Part shown: positions 14,623 through 29,200 of the stretch, piece by piece
Position numbering within the stretch: the stretch's first letter is position 1
Layout of the letters: every line of letters begins with the position of its first letter
Assembly: GCA_963693365.1 (NCBI GenBank)
Contig: CAVNZM010000006.1
Span: forward strand, 1,612,001 to 1,676,000
DNA length: 64,000 nt
Reading direction: 5' to 3'
Source: Amoebidium appalachense
Taxonomy: Eukaryota > Protista > Ichthyosporea
Translations under genes and position numbers: made by a program
Notes under the pieces: model-generated
Database searches by the model: none
What the model was told of the DNA's origin: nothing
Seen by the model: only the letters and a program-made list of their open reading frames with translations

Positions 14623-16480
14623 GAAAGGGGAGGGGGGGAGGAATGAATTACCTGGGCGTGGGTGGTCCCTGTCCTCTGCATAGTAGCTGAGCAGGTTGGA
14701 GAGTACCTGGAAGGAGTCTCTGCATGCACTGACCTCTACCCGCTGGTTGGTTATCTGTCCGAAAACCCACAGGTCAGCAACCTCCTTCCCTAACGCTGCT
14801 CTACCTAATGAGGTGCTCTTGTTCCCATCATCTGGCCGAACACCTCCCGTTGATGAAAAGCTGTGAGTCATCTTTCACGCCTAAATCCCTCCATTCTCCC
14901 AACCCCAATCCCAACCCTTCAACCCCGCCACACACATGCGTACACATACACACCACCAAAACCACCACTATCACATCATTCTCTACCACCGCTGAGTAAC
15001 AAAACAGGCTCTCCCGGGGAACAAATGCTCAACAAATCTATCTGGTGAACGCCATAAGCACCCACCCCACCCCCATATTCTATACATCCGCCCTCAAACC
15101 CCCTGCCTCAACATGCTTTCCAGATATCATCAGTCATAATATTCAATGGGTGGGCCGACCATCTCAAACTCAACCGCATAGGATATCTAGCACCATTGCA
15201 GACCTGGTTGTATAGTGTCACCCTGGTCTTGTAAAACGGAATCACACACCTTAAACACAGTTGGCACATGCAACACATAAGTTTTCATTAGCATCACGTT
15301 GTGCCTTTGTGCCTTCTAAGCACGTATTTACCGATATTAATTCACAAACAATCCCCACGCACCTCAAAATCAAACACAGGGGGTCCATCTGTGCGCTCAG
15401 TCAGTTTTGCCAGCAGCTCGAGGAAGTCAGCCGTCACCACCTGCACGTAGCCCTGTGCCTCCAGTTGTTGTTTCTCCGCACTGCCGGGGATGCTGCCACG
15501 ACGGAAACCCCTGAAATTACATTGTAAGCGATGCTTATTGGATATGGTATGCATACTAAATGATGCTTATGGGATTAAGTATGCATAGGAAGAGGTGCTT
15601 GTGAGGCATAATGCTTCTGAACTCGATGTTTCCTTATGTGGCATCAGCGGAAGGGGTACAGATACAACTCTCAAATGACTACAGTCACAGGAAACTGGGT
15701 GCGAGATGTGAACATGTACACGTATCAAAACACCCTTCTCTTGGTGTATATTCTGGATGATGTGTGTATCTATAAGTGGGGGTAGAAGCCTTGGGCGGGA
15801 TGAACAAGAAGGAACGGGGGAAGGGGGGGGGGGGGGGGGGGGGGGGGGGATGTAGAGGGGGAAAGGGGGGGGGGTGGGGGGGTGGGGAGGGGGGGGGGGG
15901 GGGGGGGGGGAGCACACACTTGAGGCTGGAGAGCTGGGCCACTGGTGTTGGGGGGCGGTTGATGACCGACACAGACACCTGCTGCAGCAGCATGGGCAGG
16001 CTGGTTGTGGCCTCCCCTGATGCTGTGTTTTTGGCTATGTGCAAACCACCTGCCCGGAATTAGTAAGATTATTATTCATTATTTTACAAAATCATGTTTA
16101 CAAACAATGTCTGCAAAGGAACATCAGGAAGTGCGTACATCGGGCTGTACCATGTGGGGACTCTATGCGGACGACTATGACGAGGCAAACTCGAAAAGGA
16201 GATAATGCACGACAAGCATATAGACTCGTACTAGACCCAGAGACTATTGCCATGTAACCAAAAAGCAGAAACCCACATAAATCAACATAGTACCAAGGCA
16301 AGAACACACAATAAGTGTGTGAAACACAACATTAGGTGTTAAGAAAAATGCAAAAAATCGGGAGACATACCGATGGATACCACCAGGCGGCCAGGATCAA
16401 ACAATGGCCTAGCCTCCACAGACACATTTGTGATGTTGACAAACAGCGACTGGATCAGACTTGGCGGTGTATATCTGGGT

Positions 16481-16511
<31 letters not shown>

Positions 16512-18138
16512 AACATCAGCAGGGCAACATGGTATCACACGACAACTCACGTCGACTGTCCCAACACGTACAGGCCAATAAAACCCAGGTATTTATAAGT
16601 AAATCCCTCTGCCAAGTAAATCAGGCTCTCGGAATGTGTGCATGTGCATGTGCAGATGTATAGGTGCATTCCTGCCTCTGTGCCTGTTCAATGCCTGCCC
16701 TAGGGAAAGGGGGGGGGGGGGGGGGGGGGAAGGGGAGGGGGGGGGGGGGGGGGGGGGGAACTGAAGGACTCACTCGGGGAGGGTGGGTTCAGGCAAATCA
16801 GCAAAGACCAGCAGCCTGCTCAGAAGATTAACACCACCATCTATGGGCTGGTAGAGCAGCCTCGACTGCCGCAGATCCACAGATAGTGTCAGCCCCTTGA
16901 CATTCTTCGTCTGCAACATAGTTGTTGTCAGCACAAACAGACAGTTATAGCGCTATGTGTAGGTCGTGCTATTGCACATGTAGTAGCATTGTTCATGTTG
17001 TTGACCAAACGATCAAAAATGAATCTGTACTGACTCGTGGCAGGCAATACATGCGCGCCATCCAATTGACCTAATAGCACCCGGCCAGCCACACTATGTC
17101 GGTTTACAAACTATCATAGCCTGATTGCCAAACAACTAGCTCAAATACGTCGGGTTTCTTTCACCACTTTCCGCACATGGCCGTGTCGGGTTCCTAGAAA
17201 GCTGCGGCCTTCAATCCAAGGAGCGAAGAAGAGGGAAAGAACCGACAAAGAGTATGGAAAAGAGGCTCTGCGGCAGGGGCAGACGCACCCGTGGAAGGGG
17301 AGGGGGGGGGGGGGGGGGGCATATACTCTGTCCAGGTTCATTAAAGCAGTAACGGCAAGCATGGTGTCCGGCTTGCTGGCACTCAAACCAGACCGTTTTC
17401 CATCCACTGTCCCGGCAATCCGAACAGACTTGCGCCCACGATTGCTTCCCTCCGGCTCCCTCCCATCATCAACAAGAGAACGGGTGAGAAGGGCAACATG
17501 GGTGGATCGTTGGCCGTTTTGAAAGGTTGCAAAGAGTGACAGGTCTACACCACTGAAGCACAAGTATTTCACTGTGGTATAAGGCATATGAAAGAAAGCG
17601 TTAGTTCTGATGTTAACTATCAAGAGCCGTAGAGAGATTGCTCACGCACACCCACACGTGCATTACCCACACGTGCATTCGTGTGTGTCTGTGTGCATGT
17701 GCATGCACGTGCATGAAGGGTTGGGTGCGTGCGTGCGTGTGTGTGGGTGGCTGTGTGTATGTATCTGTGTGTGTTCCTGCACACTCATGCATGCATGCAA
17801 CCACCCATGCTGTGTGAGAATGTGCTCGTGTTTAGGTACCACGAGGACAGGGAGAGCCGAGAGAGGCAAGAGACCCCCCCCCCCTCCCCCCCCCCAGGAC
17901 CAGGAGAGGACGCGAGAGATACAGAGAGTGTGTGCGCGGACGGTGTGTGTGTGTGTGTGTGTGATTTGGGTAAGGGGTGGGGGAAGGGGTAGGGGGTGGG
18001 ATGGGGGGGGGGGGAGGGGAGGGAGGGGGGAGGCCATACAGATATTAATGCCTATGCCCCATTAATTCGACGGAACAAACGGAAGGGCAGTCACGACACA
18101 GAAGTAGACTGCAGTTTCAGCACCTACCGGGTGCTCTG

Positions 18139-18195
<57 letters not shown>

Positions 18196-18956
18196 GGGGG
18201 GGAGAAGGAGGTTTTCTTTCTTCTTTTTAAAAGGGGGGGGACAGGGGGGGGGGGGAGGGGGGGGGGGGGGGAGGGGTACCTGGCAAGCCGAGATAGTCCA
18301 TAGCAGCAAAAATCTGCACGTCACCCACTTCGGCATCAAACCTCCACATCTCCGGGCTTTCTGGCCCAACCTCACCTAAAAAGATCATGTCAGACATATT
18401 AACCTTACTTCAGCTACATCAGACCTACATTGAGATAAATGATGCGAAATTAGCATCGTAGACCCCGTTCTTTCCTTTTTTTCCACGACACACACATTAA
18501 TGCCATTCTCTACCATTACAGTGTACACACAGCTACGGGGTTGTAGCCCAATGCACCACTAAGCTACACTTAATCCTCTGCACTCACCATCCTAAAAAAT
18601 GGGAGTCACAACAACACTTACCTTTGCTAAAACTGTCAGCTTCATTCACTTTTTTGCTTGGTTGTAAGCTGGTGTGATCTTCCTCCAATGAGACGCACAC
18701 ACGGCCTATGTTGACTTCTACCGTCCAACCAGTAGGGCCCCGTGGCCGATACAATTGCTGCCACCCCACCATCCGGTCAGAATACCAACAGTGTTTGGGA
18801 AATAATTGAGCAGTGGATTCGGCGCCCATGTATAGAGTTCCTTGCGATCGTATCCATGCGGGAATGAGAGGTGTGGAAGGAGGGAACCGAGTATGTGATG
18901 CACAGCGAGAAGGGTTAACTTTGGGGAATAGCGGACGGCAGTGTTGGAAAGAACGG

Positions 18957-18995
<39 letters not shown>

Positions 18996-19620
18996 TCAAC
19001 TTTAGCTGCACGGCCGCCAAATGCAAGACGTGAGGATACCTCCACGGGATCGTCTTGGTCACTGCCGGCCTCGTCACTGTCACTGCAATCAAAATAAATC
19101 AAAAAGTAATCAAGGCTGCATACCAAGAGCATCTGAAGGTATGAAGGATTCGATCAAAACAGTTTCCATAAACGAAAGGGTCAATAAATCATTTCCAAAA
19201 CCGCAAACAAACAAGAAGCAAAATCACAAAAACGAGAACGTTGAAGGAAAAGAAAGTTGGGGAGGCCAAAAAAAAAAAAAAAAAAAAAAGCATCTCCCAA
19301 TCGGGGAATCGAACCCCGGCCGCCGCGGTGAAAGCGCGGAATCCTAACCACTAGACCAATTGGGATGGTGATATTCCGCCAAACTCCCGCATTACGAACA
19401 AAACTAATACTTATTTGCTTCCTCTCGAACACGAGATGTCAATATGAAAAACGTCGTGACGAAAAAGCAAAGGAAAAAAAAAAGAAAGAAGGAAGGAAAG
19501 AAAGAAACACAGTATGAGCCAGAAACTTCTGGGTACTGCTGTATTGTTACATCCTATTTTTGTCTTTGTATGTGTGTGTGAGTGTGTCTGTGTGTGTGTG
19601 TTTTTTTTTTTTTTTTCCTT

Positions 19621-19670
<50 letters not shown>

Positions 19671-20265
19671 CTGTCTGAGGATGGAGGCTGGGGCATGCCA
19701 AGAACCACTGCGGCCCAGCACAGCCAGTCTGCATAGAGGGCATATGCGGCATCCAGGTGGCGCTTGCATGCAAGCACGGCCACACACGGCACACCACATG
19801 TCACCTGCGCAAGACTCGTGGCCCGGGCTTTGTTTCGGAACTCCTGGCCCTCTCCCTCCTCGGCTGTGGTTAGGTACTGCCTGCGTTGTGTGCCCTGTGC
19901 ATAAATGTCAGTCTGAGAAGTCGGGTTGGCCAATCTCGTATCATTTTGCATGGTACGAAGCATTACATACAGTCAACATGCAGCTTTGCATGGTACGAGG
20001 CATTACATACAGTCAACCTGCAGCTTTGTATGGTACGAAGCATTACATACAGTCAACATGCAGCTTTTTACGTGGGCAAATTATTAGAATCAACTATGCG
20101 TTAACGTTGCAGATGTGGGGGGAGGAGAAAGCTTGGTCGTTCAAGAAGAACCAAATGATTGTGGGTGAGCCGCATTGGAACAAGGGGGGGATGAAGAGGG
20201 TAGTGCGGGGTAGGGGAGGGAGGGAGGGGAGGGAGGGTGAGGGGGGACGGGGAGGGGGGGAGGGG

Positions 20266-20303
<38 letters not shown>

Positions 20304-20849
20304 GGGGGTTGCAAACCTTTTTGTTGTCTTCAAACGATGGGCATGCATAGGAGAAGGGTGATGGGGGTGGTTGGCGACCCTGGGCCAGAATGGGCCCATC
20401 CCCAAACATCACAGCCATGGCTTTGGATTGCGACACAAGACCCTCACTGCTGCCACCCCTGTTCGGACAGGTAGGTGAGTATATGGTCATGTGGGGAGGA
20501 ATAGGCAAGGAACAGGCAGTGGGTGTTAGAAACAATAAGGTTGGTGATCCAATGTGTTTATGGCGTAGTGACAGGAAAAAAGCTCCGGTGTAGTCAAATT
20601 GACAAAGTGACGTGTTCAAATAGTGTGCAAAAGAATGCACAACATTTTACAACATAAAAAGAGAAGCGGGGGAAAGGGAGGACCGGAGACAGGCAGGGAG
20701 AGAGGGTGGGCGGGGCGGGGCAGGGCGGGGGCGGGGCGGGCAGGCGGGGGGGGGGGGGGGGGGGGGGGGGGACAGCAAACAAAAAGGAACCACAAAGGGT
20801 GAAGCTAGAGGGCCATGAAGACAGTAGGCCTGGTGGTGGTGGTGGTGTT

Positions 20850-20885
<36 letters not shown>

Positions 20886-21684
20886 GGAAGAAATCAAATG
20901 CAGATGTGGAGGGGAGACTCAGGGGGAAAAAATGAAAAACACAAACACAGCCACAGTCAGGCAGTACGTGTAATTTTTTTTTAACTTACCCTTTATTTGG
21001 CATTGCCGACGGCTTCTTGAGCACAAAGTCCAACACCACCTGCCCCCCTTCGTCTGCCAGCTTACCCTCCCCAAACACCGCCGCCAGCCGCATCTGTCTG
21101 ATCCCATCCCCAACCACCCGCCCTCCATCCAAAGATTCAAACCCCTTTTTTTCCCAATCAAACGACTGTGTTGCCCCACCACCTTCCACGAGCCAAAATG
21201 ATGCCCCTTGTGCCTTAACGGAACCCCGGCCACTTGTTTGGTCTTCAAGGTCACCAAACGCAAGCTCCCCACTAATTCCGTTAAGGTCTACTAGGACAAT
21301 GTTTTGCTGGAGTGTAGGACGTAGGTTTGCGGCTGTTTGAGGATTGGGTGGTGTAGGGGTGGTGGGTGTTGACGGTGGTGTTGGTGACGGTATGTGGAGT
21401 GCCGCACGGATGAAGGTGAGGTTGAACGATAGCGTGACGTGATGCTGTCCTTCAGTGTCTACTGCCTGCAGTTTCATGTTTCGTAACCACAAGAAGATGG
21501 GCAAAAGAAGAAAAATGAAGAAAAGAAAGAAAGAAGTGTGTGTGCGTGTGTATGGGGGGAGGGGGGGGGGGGGGTATAGAAGGGGATGGGACGGAGGAGG
21601 GAAAGGAGGGGGAGGAGGGGGGGGGGGGGGGGGTGGGGGGGCAACCGGTAAGACGTGGAGGGGGGGGGGGGGGGAGGGGAGGGG

Positions 21685-21726
<42 letters not shown>

Positions 21727-24418
21727 GGAACCGGAAGGACCAGGCCTGATCCACAGGCCAGCTTATCCCGTAAACGCAAAAGCAAATGTAAGCAAAGCTA
21801 AACAAAACGTATTCCTCTCACTATTTTTACTTTGCCAAACAGTTAGAAAGGTGTGGTGCAAAAGCGACAACAATGTTATGGAGGAGCCAAAACATTCTAA
21901 TCTTGATGCCACAAACACCATTCCCCCCCCCCCCCCCCCCCTCCCCCCCCCCCCCCCCAAAAAAAAAAAAAAAAAAAAAAAAAAACCACCACCACCACCA
22001 ACACAAACATAGGGGTGGGGTGGGGGTGGGGGGTGGGGGTGGGGGGTGGGGGGTGGGGTGTTGGTTGTGGTCGCGATGAAATAGACACCATGTAGGACAC
22101 GAAAACACAGACACAACAAAAGAGAGAGAACGAGGGGGAAGGGGGGGGGGGGGGGGGGGGGGAGGGGGGGGAATGTGCGGGCAAGTTTAGAGAGAGCCAA
22201 CCATGTAGGTTCGTGTGTGTGTATTGGACGAGTGGTGGGGGGGTGGGGAGGGGAGTGGGGGGATGGGAGGGTGTGGGGAGAGTGGGGGGGGGGGGGAGGG
22301 GGGGGGGGGGGGGGGGGGGAGGGGTAGTTACCAATTTTGCAGACCGGGATGAATTTTCTGGTGCAGGGGACATGGGTGGGAGTGGGGATGGCCGGTTATC
22401 TCCAACTTGGCCACATGCTTGCTGCATCTGGCCTACAAGGGCACCAAGGCGCAGGGGTGCACTCACGTCCAGATCCAACAACAGGGGTTGCAGGTGTATG
22501 TTGCAGCGTGTCTCCCCTCTATATCCACGACTCCCTGCATTTCGAAAAGTGACACGTGCGGCTTTGTGTTGCTTTGCGCTGTCATAAGAATGGGACCACT
22601 TGGGCCCACGTGAAAGAATGTGGTTTGTATAACCGTGTTTGTTAGATGTGTGGTTGTATGGTGTGCTTGCGCTGAGTTCAGGGCAAACGGAAAGAATGGG
22701 GTTGGCGCGAACCGATTCACAATTTGCTGACATGGCTGGGTGAATTGCTTCGTAGACTACAAAATCATTCATTACGACGCCTAAATCCTTGCCATTCTGC
22801 CCCAAACGTGCTTTAACGGTGGTATTTGCCAAGCGCAAACCAAAATGCTGAAAGGAAAGATTCGTTTCTGCGCCATTCGTCGAATCAACGCTAGGTGCTA
22901 AAAACCGGTGGCATGTTTCGGCATATTCCTGCTGCTGCGCTGGTGGGATGTCGAACAGGGTTGCAATATGAATGTCGGATATCCGCACCTGAAGGGGAGA
23001 ATGGAGAGTTGGCCCAGTCAGTGGGTGTTGATAGAGATGCACTAATGCAAGGGGCAACCCAAGTGTCTAAATCGTGTTTGCGGCAGGTTCAGCATGACCA
23101 TAGGAGGGTATTTATATAGCGTGCCATTACGAAGACCCTTGGTGTAATGCATAAACTAACCATGATGAGTTAACAGTATGCCCCCATCATCCCAACACAC
23201 CCAGCTGCCTGCCAATACCAACTATTTGTTCTAACACAACACACATACACCCATGAGCTGCTCTCCGCCACCCCTTACTCATCTGCTCAGTTCTGTTTGG
23301 ACTGTTTGGACGTACAATTGACACACGCCTGCTTGGAGGGGGGGAGGGGGGGGGGGGGGGGGGGGAGGTGAAAGAAAGGAAGGGTGAGGGGGCAGCCACA
23401 GGGGGATAGGGGGCGCGGGGGCTGAAGGGGTGGGGAGTGAGGGGTGGGGGGAGGAGGGGGGAGGGAGGGGCGCGAAGATAAGGTTGAGAGGATAGCCACA
23501 GGGGGAGAGTTTCGGGGAGGAAGAGACGGACGGGGGGAGGGGGGAGGGGGGAAGGGGAGAGGGGGGAGGGGGAGAGGGAGGGAGGGAGGACCTTTGCTAC
23601 GGTGCTGGTCAGGCCCTGTGCGACTGGGCCACGCTGTTGGCGCCTGGGGGGTGGATTTGGCACACTCACAGACTCAACCATCGCATGGTACACACTGGCT
23701 TCGGGCCCTGGGGTTTCGTCTTCCTCCCTGTAACGGCAAAACGAGGATTGGGGGGAGGGGGGAGGGGGGGAGGGAGGGGGGGGGGGGGGGGGGGGGGGGA
23801 TATAAGTTTGATAGTATTGATATTGTGAAGGTTTTGGTCTTGCTTCCTGTTGCGGCAGGGGAGGGATGGAGGAAGGAGGGGAGGGAGGGAGGGGGGGGGG
23901 GAGGGGGGGGGGAGGGGGGGGGGGGTTGGAATGCGGAACACGGTACGAAGTACGCATACACGAAGGACACATGCAAAGGCAAACATTCAAGTATGCAACA
24001 TAGCCGTGTGCACAGTATGCGTCATAAGCAGAGCCCATCCTCAGGGAGGGCCCAAGTCATCAATTGCGTCTGAGTTTCGAACCCTTAGCCCGCGTATATA
24101 CGACTCTCCAACTCAGACAGCAGCGTCAACTGAACTTGGGAGGGTCAGCCCGTCTTGATCAAAGACGAGCAGGGTTGCTTATGCAAGCAAGGTGAGCAAA
24201 ACGGTGAATATGTCTGTGCAAACTAATGCAGTGCAGCCAAAAATGCGTATGTGCTTACAGATGCACGACACAGAGCAACCATGCCCGGTTGCATGGAAGT
24301 AAAGCGGTCGGGGGGGGGGGGGGGGGGGGGGGGCGCACAGATAGTTCACACGGTATCTATACATTCGATTTGACACCAATCGGAAGATTTTCTACCATCA
24401 TCTGACAATGAATCACAG

Positions 24419-24451
<33 letters not shown>

Positions 24452-24934
24452 CGCAGAGTTTAGGGTTGCTCCGTATAGTAGAGTATCGAGGAGGAGAGAC
24501 TGTTTATGTTTATGGCCCCCCCCCCCCCCCATAAACATTAGCAGTCATGTTTATGGGGGGCCCCCCCCCATAAACATTAGCAGTCTCTCCTCCTCGACAC
24601 TCTACTATACGGAGCAACCCTAAACTCTGCCATCACAAAAACATCACAGTCGTGACTATAAATCGGAATGCCATAGCACAAACAATTTACATGCCCCCTT
24701 AATACCGCAAAACACTCTCCGCCTTCAAGCAACGCACAAACACACCACGTACCCGGACAAGGAGTCAGCAAAAATGTCCGACTCATCAGCAAACAGTGAC
24801 TGCACCATGGCCAGAGGGGTGGTGCCCAGCGCTGCATCTGACGGCCGCCTTGCCCTGTATTCCTCCACTAGCTCCTCTACTACCTCCATGTCCTCTTTGC
24901 TCATCGCACTGTGTGGGTGTGCGTGTGTGTGTGT

Positions 24935-24972
<38 letters not shown>

Positions 24973-25453
24973 TGAGGTGGAGGGGGCGGGAGTGGGGGGC
25001 GTGGGGGGGGGGAGGGGGAGGGGGGCGGGGAGGGGGAGGGGAGGGGGTGTAGGTTTTGGTGTGGGTGCGGTGGTGTGGGTATGTGTGTGCGTGTAGGTAT
25101 GAGTGGGAGGTGGGAGGCGGGAGGGGAGAGGATGTGGGGGATGGATGTGGGTGGGTGGGTGTGAGTGTCGTGTGGATGTGTGGGTTTTGGTGTGGGTGTG
25201 GGTGTGTGGGTTTTGGTGTGGGTGTGTGGGTGTGGCTCTGGGTGTGGGTGTGGGTGTGGGTGTGAAGGGGGGAGGGACAGGGGAGAGGGGGCAGGGGGGG
25301 GGGGGTATGTGTGTGTGGGCGTCTGTGTGTGCGGGTGAGTGGGTTTTATTGTGGGTGTGGTGATGGGTACGGGTGTGGGTGTGGATATGGGTGTGTGGTG
25401 CAGGTGTGTGTGTATGTGGGTGGGTGTGAGTGTGGGTGTGGGTTTTGGTGCAG

Positions 25454-25484
<31 letters not shown>

Positions 25485-26206
25485 GGCGTGCATGTGTGTG
25501 CATGTGTGATAAAGTAAGGGTCATGGTGGGAAAATGTGTGCATGTGTGTTTACGTGCACGAGCAACGGGAGGGTCTTGAGCGCCTTCGTGGATGTGGGTG
25601 TATGTGTATGTGTGTGCTTGTGTGGGTCGTGTCATGTGTATGTGGTATGTGTGTGTACGTGTGTGTACGTGTGTGCTTGCGCTTGTGAGCGTGTGAATTA
25701 GAGTTTGAGTGCGAGCGCGTGAGTGGGAGTGTGAGTGAGTGCTAGTGTGAGTCTCATCATCCCATTCGGGCGCCTTTATGCGTGTTGGTGCTTTTACGAG
25801 CGCGCACGCGCACGTGTGTGTGTGCGCGCGCGCTCGTGTGTGCCTGCCTGCCTCCTGTGAGCGGTCAGAGTACGTGCCCGATGCGTTTTTGTGCCCCATG
25901 CCGTGCGTGTGTATGTGGCATGCACCGCGTGAGTGCATGTTGCACATGTTTGTCATTGGGGGAGGGGCGGGGGGAAAGGGGGTGGGGGAGGGGGTCGGAG
26001 AGGAGCAGAGAGGTAATCGTGGTAGGTGAGTGTGGTGGGTAATTGAATGCGGGTGTGCGCTTGGGTGCTGTTAGCGTGTGGCATAGTGCCTATGCTGTTT
26101 GTTTTGTTCCTGGGGGAAAAGGTTGGGTGGGGGATGGGTGAATAGGCGGGTGAGAGGAGGGATGGGGGGAGGAGAAGGAGGCGGGGGGTGGGGAGGGGGA
26201 GGAGAA

Positions 26207-26252
<46 letters not shown>

Positions 26253-29200
26253 TAAAAACGGATGAAAAGATGGGAGAAGCCTTACGTATTTGTAACGAAA
26301 AAGTGGCTGCGCTGGGAGAAGCCATATGCCTCCACTGATTGATACACAGACTGCTCTACGGACCAGCCCATTCGCGCGTCCTCCACTGGAGAATGGAAAA
26401 CCTCTTCTGGACTTTCAAACAGCGCAACTACAACAAGAACCCATCGCACAACATTCGGGCATACAATAACCACAACGTCCGGGACCAACCACTCCACATC
26501 GTATTTTGCTTGTTTATCGTCAGACGAATATGTTTTTTCCATGTGTCCGGGTTCAGCCGGAGTAGCGCGGTATTTCACCCGGAGTATGAATTCCTCCTTT
26601 CCTCCGCCCAAACTGGCCACAGGCCATTGTTCACCGGCCGGGCTGACCAGCTGAAACAAAAAGGAATTGTACAGTGCGTCAAAAAAAAAAAAAAACAGAG
26701 AGAAAAAGGAAGACAGAGAAAGAAAGAAAAGGAGAGTTCTACACACTTATATTTCTCTCACATACCTAAACTCGACCTTGCCTGCATCTATAATTTTCTT
26801 CTATACCTACCCGCCAGTCTACAAATGATCACTCGTATCCTTCAATCTCCCTTGCCAAAGCCCCTCGACATTCTCTCTTCTGCACGGTCCCGCGCACGTT
26901 TCCCGTTTGCCCTCGCAACTAGTGTGTGAAACCAGCTCCTACCCCCCCCCCCCCCCCCAAAAAAAAAAAAAAAAAAAAAAAAACCCTGGCCGTCCCTCGT
27001 CCTCCCCCCCCCCCCCCCCTCCGCCCCCTCTCCCCTCCCCCTCCCCTCCCCCTCCCCCCCGTCACACACACACATGCAGCCGTTCTTTCCTTCCCCACCT
27101 CCCTCTCCCACTTCTTCACATCTCCCACCTCCCATCGGCCGCCCTCAACCCTTCTACCCTTCTCCCCCCCCCTCCCTCCCTCCCCCCCCCCCCTTTGCCC
27201 CTTCCTCTACACCTGTCTTACGCCCCCTCACTCTCTAACCCACCAGCCCAGAGAGGTCCAACAGAGATGCACCGGCTATCTTTTCGTACCTTAGAACCAG
27301 CACACACATATACATTCCCTACGTGTATGACCAAGAAAATTCTCAACCACACAGGACCCACCTCAACAAAAACACGGCCGCACACCAAGTGCTTGATGAA
27401 GAACGGAACGTCCAGAACAGGCGGGGCATCATCGACATCTTCGGCCGGGACCCCAAGGCCAGGGGTAGCGTCGGTGTACAGCAAAGAGTCCACCCTCACC
27501 GATACCCCACACGTGACGTGCTCCGTTTCTCCTTCAAGTCTTAGAACGATGTTTTCGAGGTGCACCTCAACCTGCCCGACCAAAAAAAAAAAAAAAGGGG
27601 GGGGGGGGGGGGGGGGGGGGGGGTGGGGGGAGGGGGTTTTCAGAAAACGGACCAAACGAGGTCGGAAGGGAGGGGGTAAAGGGGAGGGGGGGGAGGGAGG
27701 TGGATGTGGAGTTTGTGAACAGATAAAAGTGTGTGTACACATATAGAGAGCACTGCATGCACTTTTATGTGCGGGTAAGTCCTTGAGTGTTCGTGCTGGT
27801 AGACTAAGATGTAGTGCGTGAGGGTGTCTATTCAGTCATGTATGAATAAATATGTGCAAAGGAGGCATTAGAACCCATGTGTATGAGCAAGTGCGGATGT
27901 GTTTGCAGAACTTGTGTATGTGCGAGCACGTAGGTGTGTGTGGGGTTGCCTGCATGTCGATCTGCCAACGCTTGTGTACAGGTGGTCACTGTGCTTGCGG
28001 GCGTGCCTGCGCAAACATGCACGAGTACATGTTGCCCCTGATTGAGTATACCAGGAGCGTGTATGTTCACGCAATGAAGTGCCTGCCTGTCCAAAACCTG
28101 TATATGCATATTATCAAGCACGAGAGTGCTCATGCTGTGTCGAACGAAGATCGTGCATTGGTCCAGGTGGTGTGTGGGCAGGGTTGGCTGTGTGCGTGTG
28201 TTCGGGTTAGATTGTATTTATTCTTGAGAGATAAAGGATGTACAACTCCTTCTACAGAAAAAGATCTCGATGGAACTCTGGGTGTGCGAGCAAAAGAAAA
28301 CTATTATCTGTGGGGTGTGTGAACTAACGGAAAGTATCAAACGTGCACTTGTGCATGTGTCTACGCAATTTCACCAAATCCAAGCGCACAGGCACGCACG
28401 TACCTTTGATATAATGCTCTCACACACACTGACAAGCAGCTGCTTGCCCTGCCCCGTTCCATACCAGCCCGCATCATCCCTCCTCTCCGCAGGTGCATAG
28501 TGAGACCCGGTGGCTGCCTGCTCTGACTCAAACGGAAGCTCATCTGGGCCTGAAATGCACAGAGGATAACATCAATTACATAATTCTCCTGTAGCCACCC
28601 CTAAAACAAATTGTCCACTGAGCGACCTACAGCTGGGAGGCAGGTGCTTTGTTCAAGTACAGCAAAAACAACGCTGTGTGCACTCAAAGAGAACACTGGT
28701 TTCATAACAAAATCGTACCAACTTACACCATAGGCCTACACTTACAGAGGTCCGGATCTATCTGCGACGCTGGCTGGGCAACGATCTCTACATCGGAGAG
28801 GGTGAGGCGGGCTCTGCCCCCAAAGAGATCCCTCCACGGTATGCTGACCTTAACTCGGCCAAGTGTCCCACTCTTGACGGCTACAGGTAAGCCGTGAAGC
28901 AGCCCGTTCAAGACCTACAAGGAGAAACTGGTTTTAGTGTCCTGAAATTAGCCAGGGAAGCAATTACGAAGCACACACCTGCACATAGCCGCTGACGAAT
29001 TGCGACAGGCAAATAAGTACAGATGCAGGTTTGCCCTTCCCATATACGCATATACACAACGCAAAGGAAGGTAAGGCTACGCACGTGAACACGCAGGTTA
29101 GATAAAAAAGGGGTGCCAGGGAGGTACCACGTACAGAGACCGTTAAAAGGGACGAGAGGAGGGAGCGATAAGGGAATGGATGGGCCGGGAGGGGGTGGGG

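Noticed and set aside
19945-20067. 40-bp repeats resembling a CRISPR array
   Set aside because: The units are contiguous with no unique spacers, sit in a eukaryotic intron and have no cas genes nearby; this is a plain minisatellite
25050-25480. TG1-3 telomere-like tract
   Set aside because: It is internal to an ATG2 intron, irregular, and part of the general G/T-rich microsatellite background
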